Part shown: positions 23,756 through 24,000 of the stretch, one piece after another
Layout: every line of letters begins with the position of its first letter
How positions within the stretch are numbered: position 1 is the first letter of the stretch
From: Pelotomaculum sp. PtaB.Bin104
GTDB taxonomy: Bacteria > Bacillota > Desulfotomaculia > Desulfotomaculales > Pelotomaculaceae
NCBI GenBank assembly: GCA_002067205.1
Contig: MVQL01000164.1
Span: 42,046 to 66,045 of the forward strand
Reading direction: 5' to 3'
DNA length: 24,000 nt
Made by a program: the position numbers and the translations under genes
Notes under the pieces: model-generated
Told to the model about the DNA's origin: nothing
The model's input: only the letters and a program-made list of their open reading frames with translations
Database searches by the model: none

Positions 23756-24000
23756 TTACTTCAACGCATTAACAATGACAGTGACTGCCTCCGCCCTGGT
23801 GGCACTGCCCCGGGGCAGGAACGTGTTGTCAGGATACCCCTTCATTAACCCGTTCTTGACCGCAGTGGATATGAACTCTTCGGCCCAATCAGAGATACTG
23901 CCGTTATCCGCAAAATGGGCTTCTCCCGCAGACGGCGAGAGCTTGGCAGCCCTGACGATCATTACCGCCATTTGCTCGCGGGTGATCAAGTAATCCGGCC
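23756..24000 (-). CDS. SLH (S-layer homology) domain protein, C-terminal end only (5' part lies beyond the window)
   Basis: The frame is open to the window edge (..PDYLITREQMAVMIVRA..). SLH pattern: ITREQ.A.M.VRA...F.D...IS.WA...V..AV..GLMKGYPDNTFLPRG.ATRAEA. The ORF-track start at 23989 is only the first alternative start codon inside a longer frame. Confidence 0.85.
   Translation of the reverse strand, partial: PDYLITREQMAVMIVRAAKLSPSAGEAHFADNGSISDWAEEFISTAVKNGLMKGYPDNTFLPRGSATRAEAVTVIVNALK

Noticed and set aside
23646-23993. 115-aa plus-strand ORF at the right edge
   Set aside because: It is antisense to a textbook SLH-domain sequence on the minus strand.
1-24000. Looked for CRISPR arrays, tRNA/rRNA genes, transposase or integrase genes, reverse transcriptase/DGR or retron signatures, and toxin-antitoxin pairs
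   Set aside because: I saw no regularly spaced direct repeats, no tRNA T-arm-like GGTTCGAATCC-type motifs in a cloverleaf context, and no ORF with recombinase, RT or nuclease motifs.

Overview
The window looks like chromosomal DNA from a Gram-positive, probably endospore-forming anaerobe. Clostridia, perhaps Peptococcaceae/Desulfotomaculum-like, is a guess based on GGAGG-type ribosome-binding sites (RBS), an SLH-domain protein, an AprX-like protease and an HdrD/DsrK-like membrane Fe-S protein. I support about 25 protein genes and found no rRNA, tRNA, CRISPR array or intact mobile element. Recognisable housekeeping and accessory genes are: PPi-type phosphofructokinase, AprX-like S8 protease, enoyl-CoA hydratase, a VOC/glyoxalase-fold protein, a SAM methyltransferase, an MFS transporter, a tryptophanase/tyrosine phenol-lyase family lyase, an ecfA1-ecfA2-ecfT module, a membrane-bound CCG-domain Fe-S oxidoreductase and a partial SLH protein. 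Six things are worth a second look. (1) A minus-strand operon (13189-19097) joins a dedicated ECF transporter to a stand-alone protein whose motifs match, from memory, the kinase (TCKD) domain of archaeal TiaS. The operon also carries a 4-Cys mini-protein and two extracytoplasmic accessory proteins. (2) A visibly AT-rich island (21330-23650) holds gene debris and a tandem pair of paralogous small proteins of unknown family. The second copy has lost its charged coiled-coil N-terminal module, which survives as a decayed untranslated remnant. (3) An internally duplicated membrane protein is split by a +1 frameshift exactly at a T10 homopolymer. (4) A promoter, ~125-nt leader and intrinsic terminator sit upstream of the tryptophanase-family gene. 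(5) A 32-codon Cys-rich hydrophobic ORF with a good RBS is missing from the ORF track. (6) Several ORF-track starts are better placed downstream on RBS evidence. All family assignments rest on motif recognition by eye and memory; no searches were run.
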